A DNA stretch of 38,913 nt from Clostridiales bacterium (GTDB taxonomy: Bacteria; Bacillota; Clostridia; Christensenellales; CAG-138), in assembly GCA_031270585.1 (NCBI GenBank), contig JAISXK010000087.1, forward strand, positions 1 through 38,913, given 5' to 3'. Positions within the stretch are counted from its first letter, which is position 1; each line of letters opens with the position of its first letter. Shown here piece by piece: positions 9,605-19,533 of this stretch. Made by a program: the position numbers and the translations under genes. The notes beneath the pieces are model-generated. The model searched no databases. It had not been told where the DNA came from and worked only from the letters and a program-made list of their open reading frames with translations.

Positions 9605-10663
9605 TTACCGGGCATAGGTAATACGCGCGACGGCGTTAAGGTCAAGCCCTGCCAACTGCCCGGCCATCAGCGCATAATAGCCCGCGCACGCAATCATGGC
9701 GGCGTTGTCGCCCGTATAACGGGGATGTGGCGCAAAAAAACGCAGGCCGCTTTCTTCAGTGCGCTTTGAAAACGCTTCTTTAAGCGCTTTATTGGCCGAT
9801 ACGCCGCCCGTTAGCGTGAGCAAGGCCGCGCCGCGCATTGTGGCCGCCCGCATGGTTTTATCCACAAGCGCCCGCACGACGCTGTGCTGGAAGGACGCGG
9901 CCACATCCGCGTAATTTACGTTCCCGCCGCGCGACCGCATCCTATGCAGATAGTTGATAACCGCCGTTTTCACGCCGGAAAAGGAGAAGTCCAAGCTATC
10001 CCGCAGCGCTGCCGGCAGCGGCAAGGCGTTGGGGTTTCCCATGGCCGCAAGCGCTTCCAGTCTGGGGCCGCCGGGGTAACCCAGGCCCAGCACACGCGCA
10101 ATTTTATCAAACGCTTCGCCCGCCGCGTCGTCGCGCGTACAGCCTATCAGCGTGGCGGACGTATACGCCCCCACATCGAATATATGGCTGTGCCCGCCGG
10201 ATGCCACCAAACAGATAAAGGGCGGCGCGCAATCCGCATGACTGATGTAGTTGGCCGCGATATGCCCCGCTATATGGTTCACCCCTACCAGCGGCAGGCC
10301 CCCGGCGTACGCAAGGCCCTTTGCGTAGCTCACGCCGGTAAGCAGCGCGCCCACAAGCCCCGGGCACGCGGTAACGGCAATGGCGTCGATATCCTTTAGC
10401 GTCATACCGGCCTCATGAAGCGCCCTTTGCACCACGGGGCCAAGCTGCTCCACATGGTTACGCGAGGCAAGTTCGGGCACCACGCCGCCATACCGCTCGT
10501 GCACGGGTATCTGCGAATATACGGCATTGCCGTATACCTGCCTGCCGTCTTTCACCACGGCCGCTGCGGTCTCGTCGCAGGATGTTTCGATGCCCAGCAC
10601 CACGGCCGATTGTTTTTCTATCAGGCTTTGCGCGCGCTTTTGCGCGATATCCATATAGCGCAT
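9605..10663 (-). CDS. tsaD: tRNA N6-adenosine threonylcarbamoyltransferase TsaD
   Basis: LGIETSCDETAAA, GGVVPELASRNH, HIAGH, SGGHS, DDAAGEAFDK, FSFSGVKT and DNAAMIA. Confidence 0.96.
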   Translation of the reverse strand: MRYMDIAQKRAQSLIEKQSAVVLGIETSCDETAAAVVKDGRQVYGNAVYSQIPVHERYGGVVPELASRNHVEQLGPVVQRALHEAGMTLKDIDAIAVTACPGLVGALLTGVSYAKGLAYAGGLPLVGVNHIAGHIAANYISHADCAPPFICLVASGGHSHIFDVGAYTSATLIGCTRDDAAGEAFDKIARVLGLGYPGGPRLEALAAMGNPNALPLPAALRDSLDFSFSGVKTAVINYLHRMRSRGGNVNYADVAASFQHSVVRALVDKTMRAATMRGAALLTLTGGVSANKALKEAFSKRTEESGLRFFAPHPRYTGDNAAMIACAGYYALMAGQLAGLDLNAVARITYAR

Positions 10664-10665
10664 GC

Positions 10666-11376
10666 TTACGCCGCGCCCAGCCTGCGCCTGAAAAACCTGG
10701 CGTTAAATACAAACGCCAAGGCGAACAGCCCCAAAAAGAACACCAAAAACAACTCCACCATGCGCAGTATAATACCGTAAAACAGCTCTGACGGCATCAT
10801 GTTTATCATGCGGCTGGTGGCGAGGTCGAACAGCCATAGGTCGTTATTGAAGAATACGAGATGAAAATACGTCCAAAACGCGTTAAAGTCCAGCGTGGCA
10901 AACGCTGTAAGCGCAAGGAGCAATAATAAAAACAGCCCGCCCGCCCACAGGTACGCGCGCGCCAGCATGCATATTGCCGCCCGCCTGTAAACGAACGCCA
11001 GCGCCGCCGCGAACAGGATATATGCCGCCAGCATCACCCATGACGCCGTGCGCCAATTTTGGTAGAGTACCTTTACATCCACCATATGCGCGCGTTCGCG
11101 CTCGTTAAACATGGAAACAATCTCTCCGTTCACCGTCACGTCAATATCGATGCTGTCAGCCCGGCCCTCCATATAGTCGATCATTTGACTGCTGGCGCGC
11201 GTCAATTCCCCGGTGGTCATGCCCATGCCGGCGGCCTGGCCGATGGATGCGTAGAGCCCATAAAACATGTCGTCGTCATTGACGCATGCCTGCAGGCTGA
11301 AAAACAAAATGGCGGTGATAAAAGCCAGGCACAGCAGCACCGCAACGGGGCGCAAAGGCCGAGCAAGTGGTTTCAT
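10666..11376 (-). CDS. Integral membrane protein, TIGR01906/DUF1461-like
   Basis: FNERERAHMVDVKVL and FNAFWTYFHLVFFNNDLWLFD...MINMMP motifs, 4 TM segments. Ends 2 nt before tsaD. Confidence 0.8.
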   Translation of the reverse strand: MKPLARPLRPVAVLLCLAFITAILFFSLQACVNDDDMFYGLYASIGQAAGMGMTTGELTRASSQMIDYMEGRADSIDIDVTVNGEIVSMFNERERAHMVDVKVLYQNWRTASWVMLAAYILFAAALAFVYRRAAICMLARAYLWAGGLFLLLLLALTAFATLDFNAFWTYFHLVFFNNDLWLFDLATSRMINMMPSELFYGIILRMVELFLVFFLGLFALAFVFNARFFRRRLGAA

Positions 11377-11425
11377 AAGGCGTTCCCCCTGAACTGATGA
11401 GGTTTTTATAAGCGGCGCCGTGGCG

Positions 11426-13777
11426 TTACGCCTCGGGCATAGCCCTTACATGCCAGATTTCACCGGCGTATTCCCCAACCGCGCGGTCGCTGCTGAATTT
11501 GCCGGCGCCAGCGGTATTCATAAGGCACATGCGCCCAAAGGCGGCGCTGTCGCGGCAGGCCGCGTTCACGCGCTCTTTGGCGGCGATATACTCCATGAGC
11601 TCCAGCAGCACGAAATACCGGTCGGGCATGCCGTAATTGCCGCTAAGCAAACTGTCGTGAATTTCCGTATAAATATCCAGCTTGCCGAATGTGCCGTCCA
11701 CCAGCGCATCCACCAAACGACGCACACGCGGCTCGTTGTTGTAAATATCATAGGGGTTGTAATATGCGCGTATGGCGTTCAATTCGGCTACGGATTTGCC
11801 GAATATAAAATTGTTTTCAGCCCCGGCCTCCTCTACTATTTCTACTGTGGCGCCGTCATACGTGCCCAGCGTCACGGCGCCGTTTAGCATCAGCTTCATA
11901 TTGCCTGTGCCGCTCGCCTCGGTGCCGGCAGGGGATATCTGCTCGCTCACATCCGCCGCGGGTATGATATGTTCCGCGTAAGAACAATTGTAGTTCGTAA
12001 CGAACACCATCTTAAGCAAATCGTTCATGGCGGGGTCGGCGTTTATTTTCGCCGCGATATCCTGTATGAATTTGATAATGCCCTTGGCGCGCCAATAGCC
12101 TGGCGCCGCCTTGGCGCCGAATATCACCGCAGTGGGCATATAGTTTTGTATGCGGCCCTCTTTTAGCCCATAATAGGTATCCAGCACCGAAAACGCGTTC
12201 ATCAGCTGCCGTTTGTATTCGTGCATGCGTTTCACCTGCACGTCAAACACAAAGTGCGGCGGCAGCGCGACACGCTCGGTTTTTTCTATGAGCGCGGAAA
12301 GCCGCCGCTTTTTCGCGCGCTTTATAGCGTTGAATTCTTCCACATCCGCATCGGACAGATAGCCCTTCAGGCCGCTGAGCCGGGATAGATCTTTTATCCA
12401 TCCGTCGCCTATACGCCGCGTGATAAAGCCGGAAAGCTCGGGGTTGCACAGGGCAAGCCAGCGGCGCTGGGTGACGCCGTTGGTGATATTGATAAATTTG
12501 TCGGGGTAAAGATTATAAAAATTCTTCAATACGTCGTGCTTGAGTATTTCCGTATGAATGCGCGCCACGCCGTTTACCGTGCGACAGCAGTAACCGGCGA
12601 GATTTGCCATGTGTATGGTGGTTTCCTGTATGATGGAGATTTTTTCGATATTGGCTACGCCGCGCTCCAGCAACTCGCCGCAAAACCTGGCGTTGATGCG
12701 GTAAATTACATCAAACACATGGGGTATGACGGACTTGAAGAGCTCTACGTCCCATTTTTCCAGCGCCTCAGCCATCACGGTGTGGTTCGTATAGGAGAAC
12801 ACATGGCGCGCCGTATCCAGCGCGGCATCAAAATCAAAGCCCTCGCGCATCAGCAGGCGAACAAGCTCGGGTATGGATACCACCGGGTGCGTATCGTTGA
12901 GCTGCACGCACACCAGCGATTTGAAGTTTTCCAAACTGCCGTTGTTGTTGCGTTTAAAGTTGTGTATGATATCCTGCAGCGACGCGCTGCTCAAAAAATA
13001 CTGTTGCTTCAGCCGCAGCTGTTTGCCCGTAAATGTGGAATCGTTGGGATACAATACGCGGGTAATATCCTCCACGGCGTTTTTTTCTCTTACAGCACGG
13101 TCATACTGCTGGTCGTTGAACGCCTGAAAGTCAAACTCCTCCATGGGCTCGCTCTGCCACAGGCGCAGCGTGGCGATATCGTTTGACCGGTAGCCTATCA
13201 CCGGCATGTCGTAGGGGATGGCGTGCACCGTTTGGTTTAAAAACTCCACCTGCACGCTGTGCGTATCGCGCCGTATGCTCCACGGGTCGCCCTGGCGCTG
13301 CCAGTCGTCGGCGCTTTCCACCTGGAAGCCATCGCGAAAGCTTTGCTTAAAGAGCCCGAATTTATAGCGCAGCCCATAACCGTCCAGCGGCAGGCTGTGC
13401 GTGGCGGCGCTGTCAAGGTAGCAGGCGGCAAGCCGGCCAAGGCCCCCGTTGCCAAGCGCCGCGTCTTCAATCTCTTCAAACGCGGCAATATCCATGCCGC
13501 GCGCCAAAAACGCATCCCTGACCTTGTTTAGCAGGCCAAGCGCGTACAGGTTGTTATAAAGCATGCGGCCCATCATGTATTCTGCGCTGAAGTAATACGC
13601 GCGCCGCGCCTGGCCGCGCCGGTGGCGGGTGTTAAACCATTCCTCGGCTATGCTTTCCATCGCCTCCTCGGATATGGCGTCGTGCATCTGGCTGACCGAC
13701 GCATCCGTCAGCGATGCCTGATACTTGCTTTTCAACCGCAGCTCTATTTCGTTCAATGATATCTGTTCGCTCGTCAC
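11426..13777 (-). CDS. glgP: Glycogen/maltodextrin phosphorylase
   Basis: ALGNGGLGRLAAC, LYPNDS, QLNDTHP, YTNHT, KRMHEYKRQ and PLP-lysine motif EASGTGNMKLMLNG. GTG start with GGAGG RBS. Confidence 0.95.
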   Translation of the reverse strand: MTSEQISLNEIELRLKSKYQASLTDASVSQMHDAISEEAMESIAEEWFNTRHRRGQARRAYYFSAEYMMGRMLYNNLYALGLLNKVRDAFLARGMDIAAFEEIEDAALGNGGLGRLAACYLDSAATHSLPLDGYGLRYKFGLFKQSFRDGFQVESADDWQRQGDPWSIRRDTHSVQVEFLNQTVHAIPYDMPVIGYRSNDIATLRLWQSEPMEEFDFQAFNDQQYDRAVREKNAVEDITRVLYPNDSTFTGKQLRLKQQYFLSSASLQDIIHNFKRNNNGSLENFKSLVCVQLNDTHPVVSIPELVRLLMREGFDFDAALDTARHVFSYTNHTVMAEALEKWDVELFKSVIPHVFDVIYRINARFCGELLERGVANIEKISIIQETTIHMANLAGYCCRTVNGVARIHTEILKHDVLKNFYNLYPDKFINITNGVTQRRWLALCNPELSGFITRRIGDGWIKDLSRLSGLKGYLSDADVEEFNAIKRAKKRRLSALIEKTERVALPPHFVFDVQVKRMHEYKRQLMNAFSVLDTYYGLKEGRIQNYMPTAVIFGAKAAPGYWRAKGIIKFIQDIAAKINADPAMNDLLKMVFVTNYNCSYAEHIIPAADVSEQISPAGTEASGTGNMKLMLNGAVTLGTYDGATVEIVEEAGAENNFIFGKSVAELNAIRAYYNPYDIYNNEPRVRRLVDALVDGTFGKLDIYTEIHDSLLSGNYGMPDRYFVLLELMEYIAAKERVNAACRDSAAFGRMCLMNTAGAGKFSSDRAVGEYAGEIWHVRAMPEA

Positions 13778-13924
13778 AGTGCCTCCTATGCTATGCCCAT
13801 CGCATTGGCAATCGCATTATACCAGTATAGCATAAATTGAACCCAACACCATACCATGCGCGCCGCGCCATAATGGTATCACAAATTGTTTCCACAAATA
13901 GTTTACATCAAGCGCGTATGCTTA

Positions 13925-13933
13925 TGCTATAAT
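13925..13933 (+). promoter_or_regulatory. Extended -10 promoter element of the nfeD-floA operon
   Basis: TGCTATAAT about 28 nt before ATG 13961. Confidence 0.55.
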
Positions 13934-13960
13934 ATTTATAAAAGCGAGGGGGCGATTATT

Positions 13961-14452
13961 ATGGAAAACATGACCGCTACGCTGATCTGTTTGGGCATAG
14001 GTATCCTACTGTTCGTCATAGAAATGTTCACGCCGGGCCTGGGCATACCGGGCTTTGTGGGAGCGCTGGCGTTTTTCGCGGCGGTGCTGCTGCAAATCAA
14101 CAACCCCGTGGGCATTGTATTCATGGTCGCGCTGGCGCTGTTCTTAATCTCTGTGGGCCTGCTCGTATTCTTCAGGATTGTTTCCGGCCGCAAATTCGAA
14201 AACTCAAAAGTGGTGCTAAACGAAAAGATAAACGGGTTTTCCACAAATTTAACCGGCAAGGAAGCGCAGGCGCTTACCGGCGGCATGGGCAAGGCCGTTA
14301 CGCCGTTGCGCCCCGCCGGCAAGGCGGAATTTGACGGCGCGGTGCTCGATGTTTCCACGGCGGGCGAGTATTTGCCCGAGGGCACGCGCGTTACGGTAGA
14401 AAAAGTAGAGGGCCTGCGCATACTCGTGCACGCGGCCCCGCCGGAGGGTTAA
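13961..14452 (+). CDS. Short NfeD family protein (TM segments plus OB fold)
   Basis: IEMFTPGLGIPG, and G.AVTPLRPAGKA..DG...DV...GEYL..G..V.V..VEG..ILV. GAGGGGG RBS before ATG 13961. Confidence 0.87.
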   Translation: MENMTATLICLGIGILLFVIEMFTPGLGIPGFVGALAFFAAVLLQINNPVGIVFMVALALFLISVGLLVFFRIVSGRKFENSKVVLNEKINGFSTNLTGKEAQALTGGMGKAVTPLRPAGKAEFDGAVLDVSTAGEYLPEGTRVTVEKVEGLRILVHAAPPEG

Positions 14453-14454
14453 AC

Positions 14455-14688
14455 GTGCCGTTTTGTAAAGTATGCGGAACGCCCTACCTCAAAACCGACG
14501 GGGCGTGCCCCACATGCAACGCCTTAAGTTTGTTGCGCCAACAATCGCGGCAAGAGCCCGGTATGGCGCCTGAAAAGCTTAGCCGCGAGCGCAAAAAAAG
14601 CTGGCTGGGGCTAGCGCTTGGCATACCGCTGTTTATTATATTTATCTATGCCATGCTTCACATCATGAGCGCGCTTAAACCCGCGTGA
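14455..14688 (+). CDS. Small zinc-ribbon protein with C-terminal TM helix
   Basis: CKVC...CPTC followed by a hydrophobic tail. GGAGG RBS, GTG start 2 nt after the nfeD stop. Confidence 0.7.
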   Translation: MPFCKVCGTPYLKTDGACPTCNALSLLRQQSRQEPGMAPEKLSRERKKSWLGLALGIPLFIIFIYAMLHIMSALKPA

Positions 14689-14791
14689 TAACGTAAAGAA
14701 AGGGCCGCGCGACATTTTCGTTTGTTTCGCGCGGTTTTTAAATATAAAACCGGTAGTACAGCAACATTCGCTCTTGAAAGGAGACTTGCCA

Positions 14792-15793
14792 ATGTATAAT
14801 GTAACATCCGTTATCTTCCCCACTGTCATAGGCATCCTTATCATCATCGCGCTTGCAATCGTCTTCAGCCTGATACCCGTGCGGTTATGGATCGCGGCGC
14901 GCGCTTCCGGCGTACAGGTGCGTATATCGCAGCTCATCGGCATGCGCATACGTAAAGTTGTGCCTGCGCGTATCGTAAACCCGCTTATCAAGGCCACCAA
15001 GGCGGGGCTTTTTGTGCCGCTCGATAAGCTTGAGGCGCATTATCTCGCGGGCGGCAACGTGGATAAAGTCGTAAACGCGCTCATCGCCGCGCAGCGCGCG
15101 GCCATCCCTTTGGATTTTGAGCGCGCTTCCGCCATCGATCTCGCCGGCCGCGACGTGTTGCAGGCCGTGCAGATGAGCGTTAACCCCAAGGTGATCGAAA
15201 CCCCCATCATCGCCGCCATCGCCAAAGACGGCATCGAACTGCGCGCCAAGGCGCGGGTAACGGTGCGCGCCAATATCGACAGACTCGTGGGCGGCGCCGG
15301 TGAAGAAACCATCATCGCTCGTATCGGCGAGGGCATTGTTACGACGGTAGGCTCTTCGCCCACGCATTCCGCCGTGCTTGAAAACCCCGACAGCATCTCG
15401 CAAACGGTGCTCAACAAGGGCTTGGACGCCGGCACAGCGTTCGAGATACTTTCCATCGATATCGCGGATGTGGACGTGGGCCGCAATATCGGCGCGCAGC
15501 TGCAGATAGACCAGGCCGAAGCCGACAAGAAAATCGCCCAGGCAAAGGCCGAAGAGCGCCGCGCCATGGCCGTTGCGCAGGAGCAGGAAAACCAGGCCGA
15601 AGTGCAGGGCATGCGCGCCAAGGTGATCGAGGCGGAGGCGGATGTGCCGCGCGCCATGGCCCAAGCGCTGCGTGACGGCAAACTTGGCGTGATGGATTAT
15701 TACAATATGCAAAACGTGATTTCCGATACGCAGATGCGCCAATCCATCTCGCATGGCGCCGCGCCCGCAAGGCCGGATGAAACGCAGCAATAA
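14792..15793 (+). CDS. floA: Flotillin-like protein FloA (YqfA)
   Basis: [55 protein letters not shown] and [24 protein letters not shown] before ATG 14792. Confidence 0.95.
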   Translation: MYNVTSVIFPTVIGILIIIALAIVFSLIPVRLWIAARASGVQVRISQLIGMRIRKVVPARIVNPLIKATKAGLFVPLDKLEAHYLAGGNVDKVVNALIAAQRAAIPLDFERASAIDLAGRDVLQAVQMSVNPKVIETPIIAAIAKDGIELRAKARVTVRANIDRLVGGAGEETIIARIGEGIVTTVGSSPTHSAVLENPDSISQTVLNKGLDAGTAFEILSIDIADVDVGRNIGAQLQIDQAEADKKIAQAKAEERRAMAVAQEQENQAEVQGMRAKVIEAEADVPRAMAQALRDGKLGVMDYYNMQNVISDTQMRQSISHGAAPARPDETQQ

Positions 15794-15821
15794 TCGCCGA
15801 CTGCAGAAAGGCCGGTGAAGC

Positions 15822-16553
15822 ATGGAAGTTATTATCTTAATTGTTGCCGTCATATCGCTGGTGGCGCGTATTTTAAGCATATCCAAGGAAAAAGCAAAGA
15901 AGGAAGAGCAACGCCGTAAGGCGCGGGAGCAGGCGGCTATGGGGCGGACCCAGCGGGCCCGGCCGCAGCAAAGCAGAGCGGAAGATGCACGCTTCCCGGA
16001 TTATGCGCCGCCCATGTGGCAGGAAAGACCAGCCGGACGCGACCGGGCGGTTTCACCCGTACAGCAAACGGCGTCGGCGCGGGTAACGCCCGCACAGCGG
16101 TATGGCTCGGCGCAAAGGCAAACGCCGGCGCGGCCGCGTGATCCCCGGTTTCCCGATTTCATAACGCCGGATACGGCGCGCCGCGCACAGCCTGGCGGGC
16201 AGCCCGCACGCGCGCCCGGCGAAGGTGAAAGCGCCTCGCCCGCCAGAAAGACGCCGGTGGCGGCGAGCATCGCCACCTCATTGACGCAAACGCAGGGACG
16301 CAACGAAACCATCATACGCGGCGATCAGCATGACGCCGCCCATACGGAAAGCTCTATGAGCGGCGCCGCGTATTGCCCGCCCGCAAAGCACCGCGCGCAC
16401 GCGCTGCGACCCGGAGAGACCCATGGCACGCGCGCGCAGCAACCAGGCATGGCCGCCCAAGCGCTTGCCGGGGGGATGCAAAACAAAAACGCGCTGGTGT
16501 TTGGCGTGATCATGCAGGAAATTTTGGGCAAGCCCAAGGCGCTGCGTCACTAA
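15822..16553 (+). CDS. YqfB-like protein: N-terminal TM, disordered Pro/Arg/Gln-rich body
   Basis: Follows floA. C-terminal GVIMQEILGKPKALR resembles the conserved tail of floA-downstream proteins. Confidence 0.7.
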   Translation: MEVIILIVAVISLVARILSISKEKAKKEEQRRKAREQAAMGRTQRARPQQSRAEDARFPDYAPPMWQERPAGRDRAVSPVQQTASARVTPAQRYGSAQRQTPARPRDPRFPDFITPDTARRAQPGGQPARAPGEGESASPARKTPVAASIATSLTQTQGRNETIIRGDQHDAAHTESSMSGAAYCPPAKHRAHALRPGETHGTRAQQPGMAAQALAGGMQNKNALVFGVIMQEILGKPKALRH

Positions 16554-16570
16554 GGCAGTAAGCGCTGTTT

Positions 16571-16613
16571 GTAATCCCGCCGTAATCCCGCCATTGTAAA
16601 GTGGCGGGATTAC
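16571..16613 (+). terminator. Hairpin with a tandem-duplicated 5' arm
   Basis: GTAATCCCGCC x2 (16571-16592), then ATTGTAAAGT, then GGCGGGATTAC (16603-16613). The U-tract is weak. Confidence 0.65.
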
Positions 16614-16692
16614 TTGCAGCTTTGAACGAAATCGTATAAACTGCAAGCATGCGATATCGTACAATACAAATCGCGCAAGGGGAAGCGGACTG

Positions 16693-18180
16693 TTGAGAAA
16701 GCTTGAGCGGTTGCTTGATGCAATTTTTTTGGCGCTGCTGGTGGCGCTGTTTAGCTATTGGCTTTTTAGCGGGTTGATTGCGGGCGCGCCCCAAAAACTG
16801 TTGGGCGTTGTGGTGGCCCCCACCACGCAGCTCACGGTTGCGGCCATTGTAATGGCCGCGCTTGTATGCGCGCTTTTCGGCGTGCTGGGCGTATTTATGA
16901 TTGGCGCGGTGTTTAGCAGTTGGAACGGGCAGATCGATATCGCCATCAGCGACGGCCTGGGCCGCAGGAGCCGCAGACTATTCTACCGGCACCCGTGGGC
17001 AAAGCTTATATTGTGCGTGCTTGCGGCGAGGCTATTGGTATATACGGCGGCATATATACTCTACACATCCGCAAACGGTTATCAGGGCGGCCTTTTGGAT
17101 ACGTTGCCGCTCTGGCTCAAGGGGGATGCGCCGCATTACCTGGGCATTGCGGAAAACTGGTATGTGACAGAAGGCGATCCGCGGTTTCATATCGTGTTTT
17201 TCCCGCTGTATCCCATCTGCGTGCGCATATTCAACGGCATGGTGCATCATACGTTTGCTTCGGGCATGGCGCTGTCGCTGCTCTTCACAGTGGCTGCATG
17301 CGTGCTGCTCTATGAGCTTGCCCTGCTGGATATGGATCGCGAGGCCGCCTGGCGGGCCGTAAAATACCTGCTGCTGATGCCGGCCGCGTTTTTGCTGTGC
17401 GCGCCCATGAGCGACGCGTTGTTTTTCATGCTTTCGCTGGCGTGCATGTTGGCCGCGCGCAAAAAACGCTACGCGCTGGCCTGCGCGCTGGGGGGCTTTG
17501 CCGCCTTTACAAGGGTGCTGGGCGTGCTGCTGCTTGCGCCGGTATTGATTGAAATGGGCGGGGATATTGCCCGCGTGAAGCTCGCCGGCGATACTGTAGC
17601 AGGCCGCTTTACGCGGCGCACACTGCCGCTGTTGCTGCTGATACCCGCAGGGCTATTGCTGTATATCTATATCAATTACCGCGTAACGGGCAACGCGTTT
17701 CAGTTCATGGTTTACCAAAGCGAGCACTGGTCGCAAAACATGGGCCTGTTCTTCAATACGGCGGCTTACCAGACAAATAACTTTTTGAATAATATCCATA
17801 TCAACCCCGCCGTCGCCTATGGCCTGTGGCTGCCCAACCTTGTTTTCCTTGTGGGCGCGCCCGCTGTCGTGCTTTTGGGACAGCGGCCAAACCGGCGCAA
17901 ACGCGCGGTGTTTGCGCATAGCCCCGTGGGCGAGCCGTTACGGCAGCCATACGGCATGCGGGCAAGCTATATCGCGTTCTTTCTGGCGTATTATTTAACG
18001 GGCATGGGCACGACATGGCTGCTGTCCGCGCCGCGGTACCTCACGTGTTGCTTTGTGCTGTTGCTTGCGCTTGCAAGCAAAGAGCGCTCCAGGCTTGCAA
18101 ACGCCTTCATCTATATTCTATTGATGACGACGCAGTTCTTATATCTGGCCGCGTATGTGGCGGGCTGGCCGGTGTATTGA
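16693..18180 (+). CDS. GT-C fold polytopic glycosyltransferase (PIG-V/PMT-like mannosyltransferase)
   Basis: GDAPHYLGIAENWY, VFFPLYP, PMSDALF, AAFTRVLG and SAPRY motifs with about 12-13 TM segments. TTG start. Confidence 0.75.
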   Translation: MRKLERLLDAIFLALLVALFSYWLFSGLIAGAPQKLLGVVVAPTTQLTVAAIVMAALVCALFGVLGVFMIGAVFSSWNGQIDIAISDGLGRRSRRLFYRHPWAKLILCVLAARLLVYTAAYILYTSANGYQGGLLDTLPLWLKGDAPHYLGIAENWYVTEGDPRFHIVFFPLYPICVRIFNGMVHHTFASGMALSLLFTVAACVLLYELALLDMDREAAWRAVKYLLLMPAAFLLCAPMSDALFFMLSLACMLAARKKRYALACALGGFAAFTRVLGVLLLAPVLIEMGGDIARVKLAGDTVAGRFTRRTLPLLLLIPAGLLLYIYINYRVTGNAFQFMVYQSEHWSQNMGLFFNTAAYQTNNFLNNIHINPAVAYGLWLPNLVFLVGAPAVVLLGQRPNRRKRAVFAHSPVGEPLRQPYGMRASYIAFFLAYYLTGMGTTWLLSAPRYLTCCFVLLLALASKERSRLANAFIYILLMTTQFLYLAAYVAGWPVY

Positions 18181-18255
18181 GTAGCGCGCCGCGCAACAAA
18201 CCGCCTTTTGTATAACGGGCTTTGTTGGCGGAACAATTGCGGAAGGTACATGCGG

Positions 18256-18843
18256 ATGAAACTTTACATGAAATTATTCGGCGCGTTTTTTCGCATTGGC
18301 CTCTTTACGTTTGGCGGGGGGTACTCCATGCTGCCCATGCTGCAACGCGAGGTGGTCGATAAGTATGGCTGGGCTACAAATGATGAGCTTTTGGATTGCT
18401 TTTCCATCAGCCAGTGCACGCCGGGCGTCATCGCCGTCAACAGCGCCACTTTGATTGGCTATAAGCAGGCAAAGCTGGCGGGCGCGCTGTTCGCGACTAT
18501 CGGCGTTATCACGCCATCCATCATCATCATTACAATCATAGCCGCAACATTACAGAATTTTATGCATATCGCGGCGGTGGCGCACGCGTTTGCCGGCATA
18601 CGCGTCGCGGTGGCGGCGCTGATTGTATCCGCCGTGATCAAGCTTATTAAAAGCAATGTGCTGCAACAACCCGCCGAAGATGGGAAGCAAGGCCCCGGGC
18701 CTTTTTTTAAGCGCCATTGGTTACGGCTTTTGCTTTTTATTTTGTCGTTTGCCATTGTGGCGTTCTTTTCGGTTTCTCCCATTTTCATCGTGGCGGGCGC
18801 AATCCTTACAGGCATCGCGCTTGTTGGAAAGGCGGCTGCGTGA
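18256..18843 (+). CDS. Chromate transporter, short-chain CHR subunit 1
   Basis: FFRIGLFTFGGGYSMLP and SQCTPGVIAVN. Confidence 0.9.
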   Translation: MKLYMKLFGAFFRIGLFTFGGGYSMLPMLQREVVDKYGWATNDELLDCFSISQCTPGVIAVNSATLIGYKQAKLAGALFATIGVITPSIIIITIIAATLQNFMHIAAVAHAFAGIRVAVAALIVSAVIKLIKSNVLQQPAEDGKQGPGPFFKRHWLRLLLFILSFAIVAFFSVSPIFIVAGAILTGIALVGKAAA

Positions 18844-19388
18844 GGGAATTGCTTTTGATGTGCTGGGAGTTTTTTAAAACAGGCCTTTTCGCCATAGGCG
18901 GCGGCATGGCCACCATACCGTTTTTGGCCGGACTTGCACAAAACTACCCGCAGTGGCTCAGCGTTGCGGATCTATCCGATATGATCGCCATCAGCGAGAG
19001 CACGCCCGGCCCCATAGGGGTAAATCTGGCTACGTATGTGGGATTCCATGTGTTTGGGGTGTGGGGCGGTGTTGCCGCCACCTTATCGCTGGTATTGCCT
19101 TCGTATATCATTCTCATACTCGTTGCGAAGGCGCTTGACAGGTTTATGAAGAACCGCTTTGCCAAGGGCGCGTTTATTACGTTGCGCCCTGCCGTAACGG
19201 GGCTTATCGCAGCCGCAGGTTACCAGGTGTTTCGCATAGCGCTCTTTCGTGAGGGCGCGCTTCTTATGGGCGCGGCGCTGCTGTTTTGCGCGCTGTTGTT
19301 TTTTACGCAATGGAGCAAAACACAAAAGCTGCACCCTGTTGTATGGATAGCTGTCGCGGCTGTTGCCGGCGTGATATTTCAATTTTAA
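18840..19388 (+). CDS. Chromate transporter, short-chain CHR subunit 2
   Basis: FFKTGLFAIGGGMATIP and SESTPGPIGVNLATYVG. GTG start overlaps the upstream stop (GTGA). Confidence 0.9.
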   Translation: MRELLLMCWEFFKTGLFAIGGGMATIPFLAGLAQNYPQWLSVADLSDMIAISESTPGPIGVNLATYVGFHVFGVWGGVAATLSLVLPSYIILILVAKALDRFMKNRFAKGAFITLRPAVTGLIAAAGYQVFRIALFREGALLMGAALLFCALLFFTQWSKTQKLHPVVWIAVAAVAGVIFQF

Positions 19389-19480
19389 CGGCGCGTATGC
19401 GTTTGGCCGGAAAGCGAAAAAAACGCGCGCATAAAATCAGGCGCGTAATAGCCGTAAAGCGGTTATGATACCGTACCCAC

Positions 19481-19510
19481 TTATAATAACTCTCCCGTTT
19501 GTGCATACTT
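19481..19510 (+). promoter_or_regulatory. sigma-F-like forespore promoter of spoIIR
   Basis: TTATA-15 nt-GTGCATACTT versus consensus GYWTA-N15-GGnnAnAnTW. spoIIR is a known sigma-F target. Confidence 0.55.
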
Positions 19511-19533
19511 GCTGCATGACGAAGGAGGGATTT

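Noticed and set aside
14885-15886. 333-aa minus-strand ORF (likewise 22679-23677, 28990-29982, 31480-32220 and 35774-36691)
   Set aside because: These are antisense to well-supported genes, expected in GC-rich coding DNA, and show no motifs.
18256-19388. Split chromate transporter as a broken gene or resistance island
   Set aside because: Paired short-chain CHR genes are the normal form in Firmicutes, and there are no mobility genes nearby.
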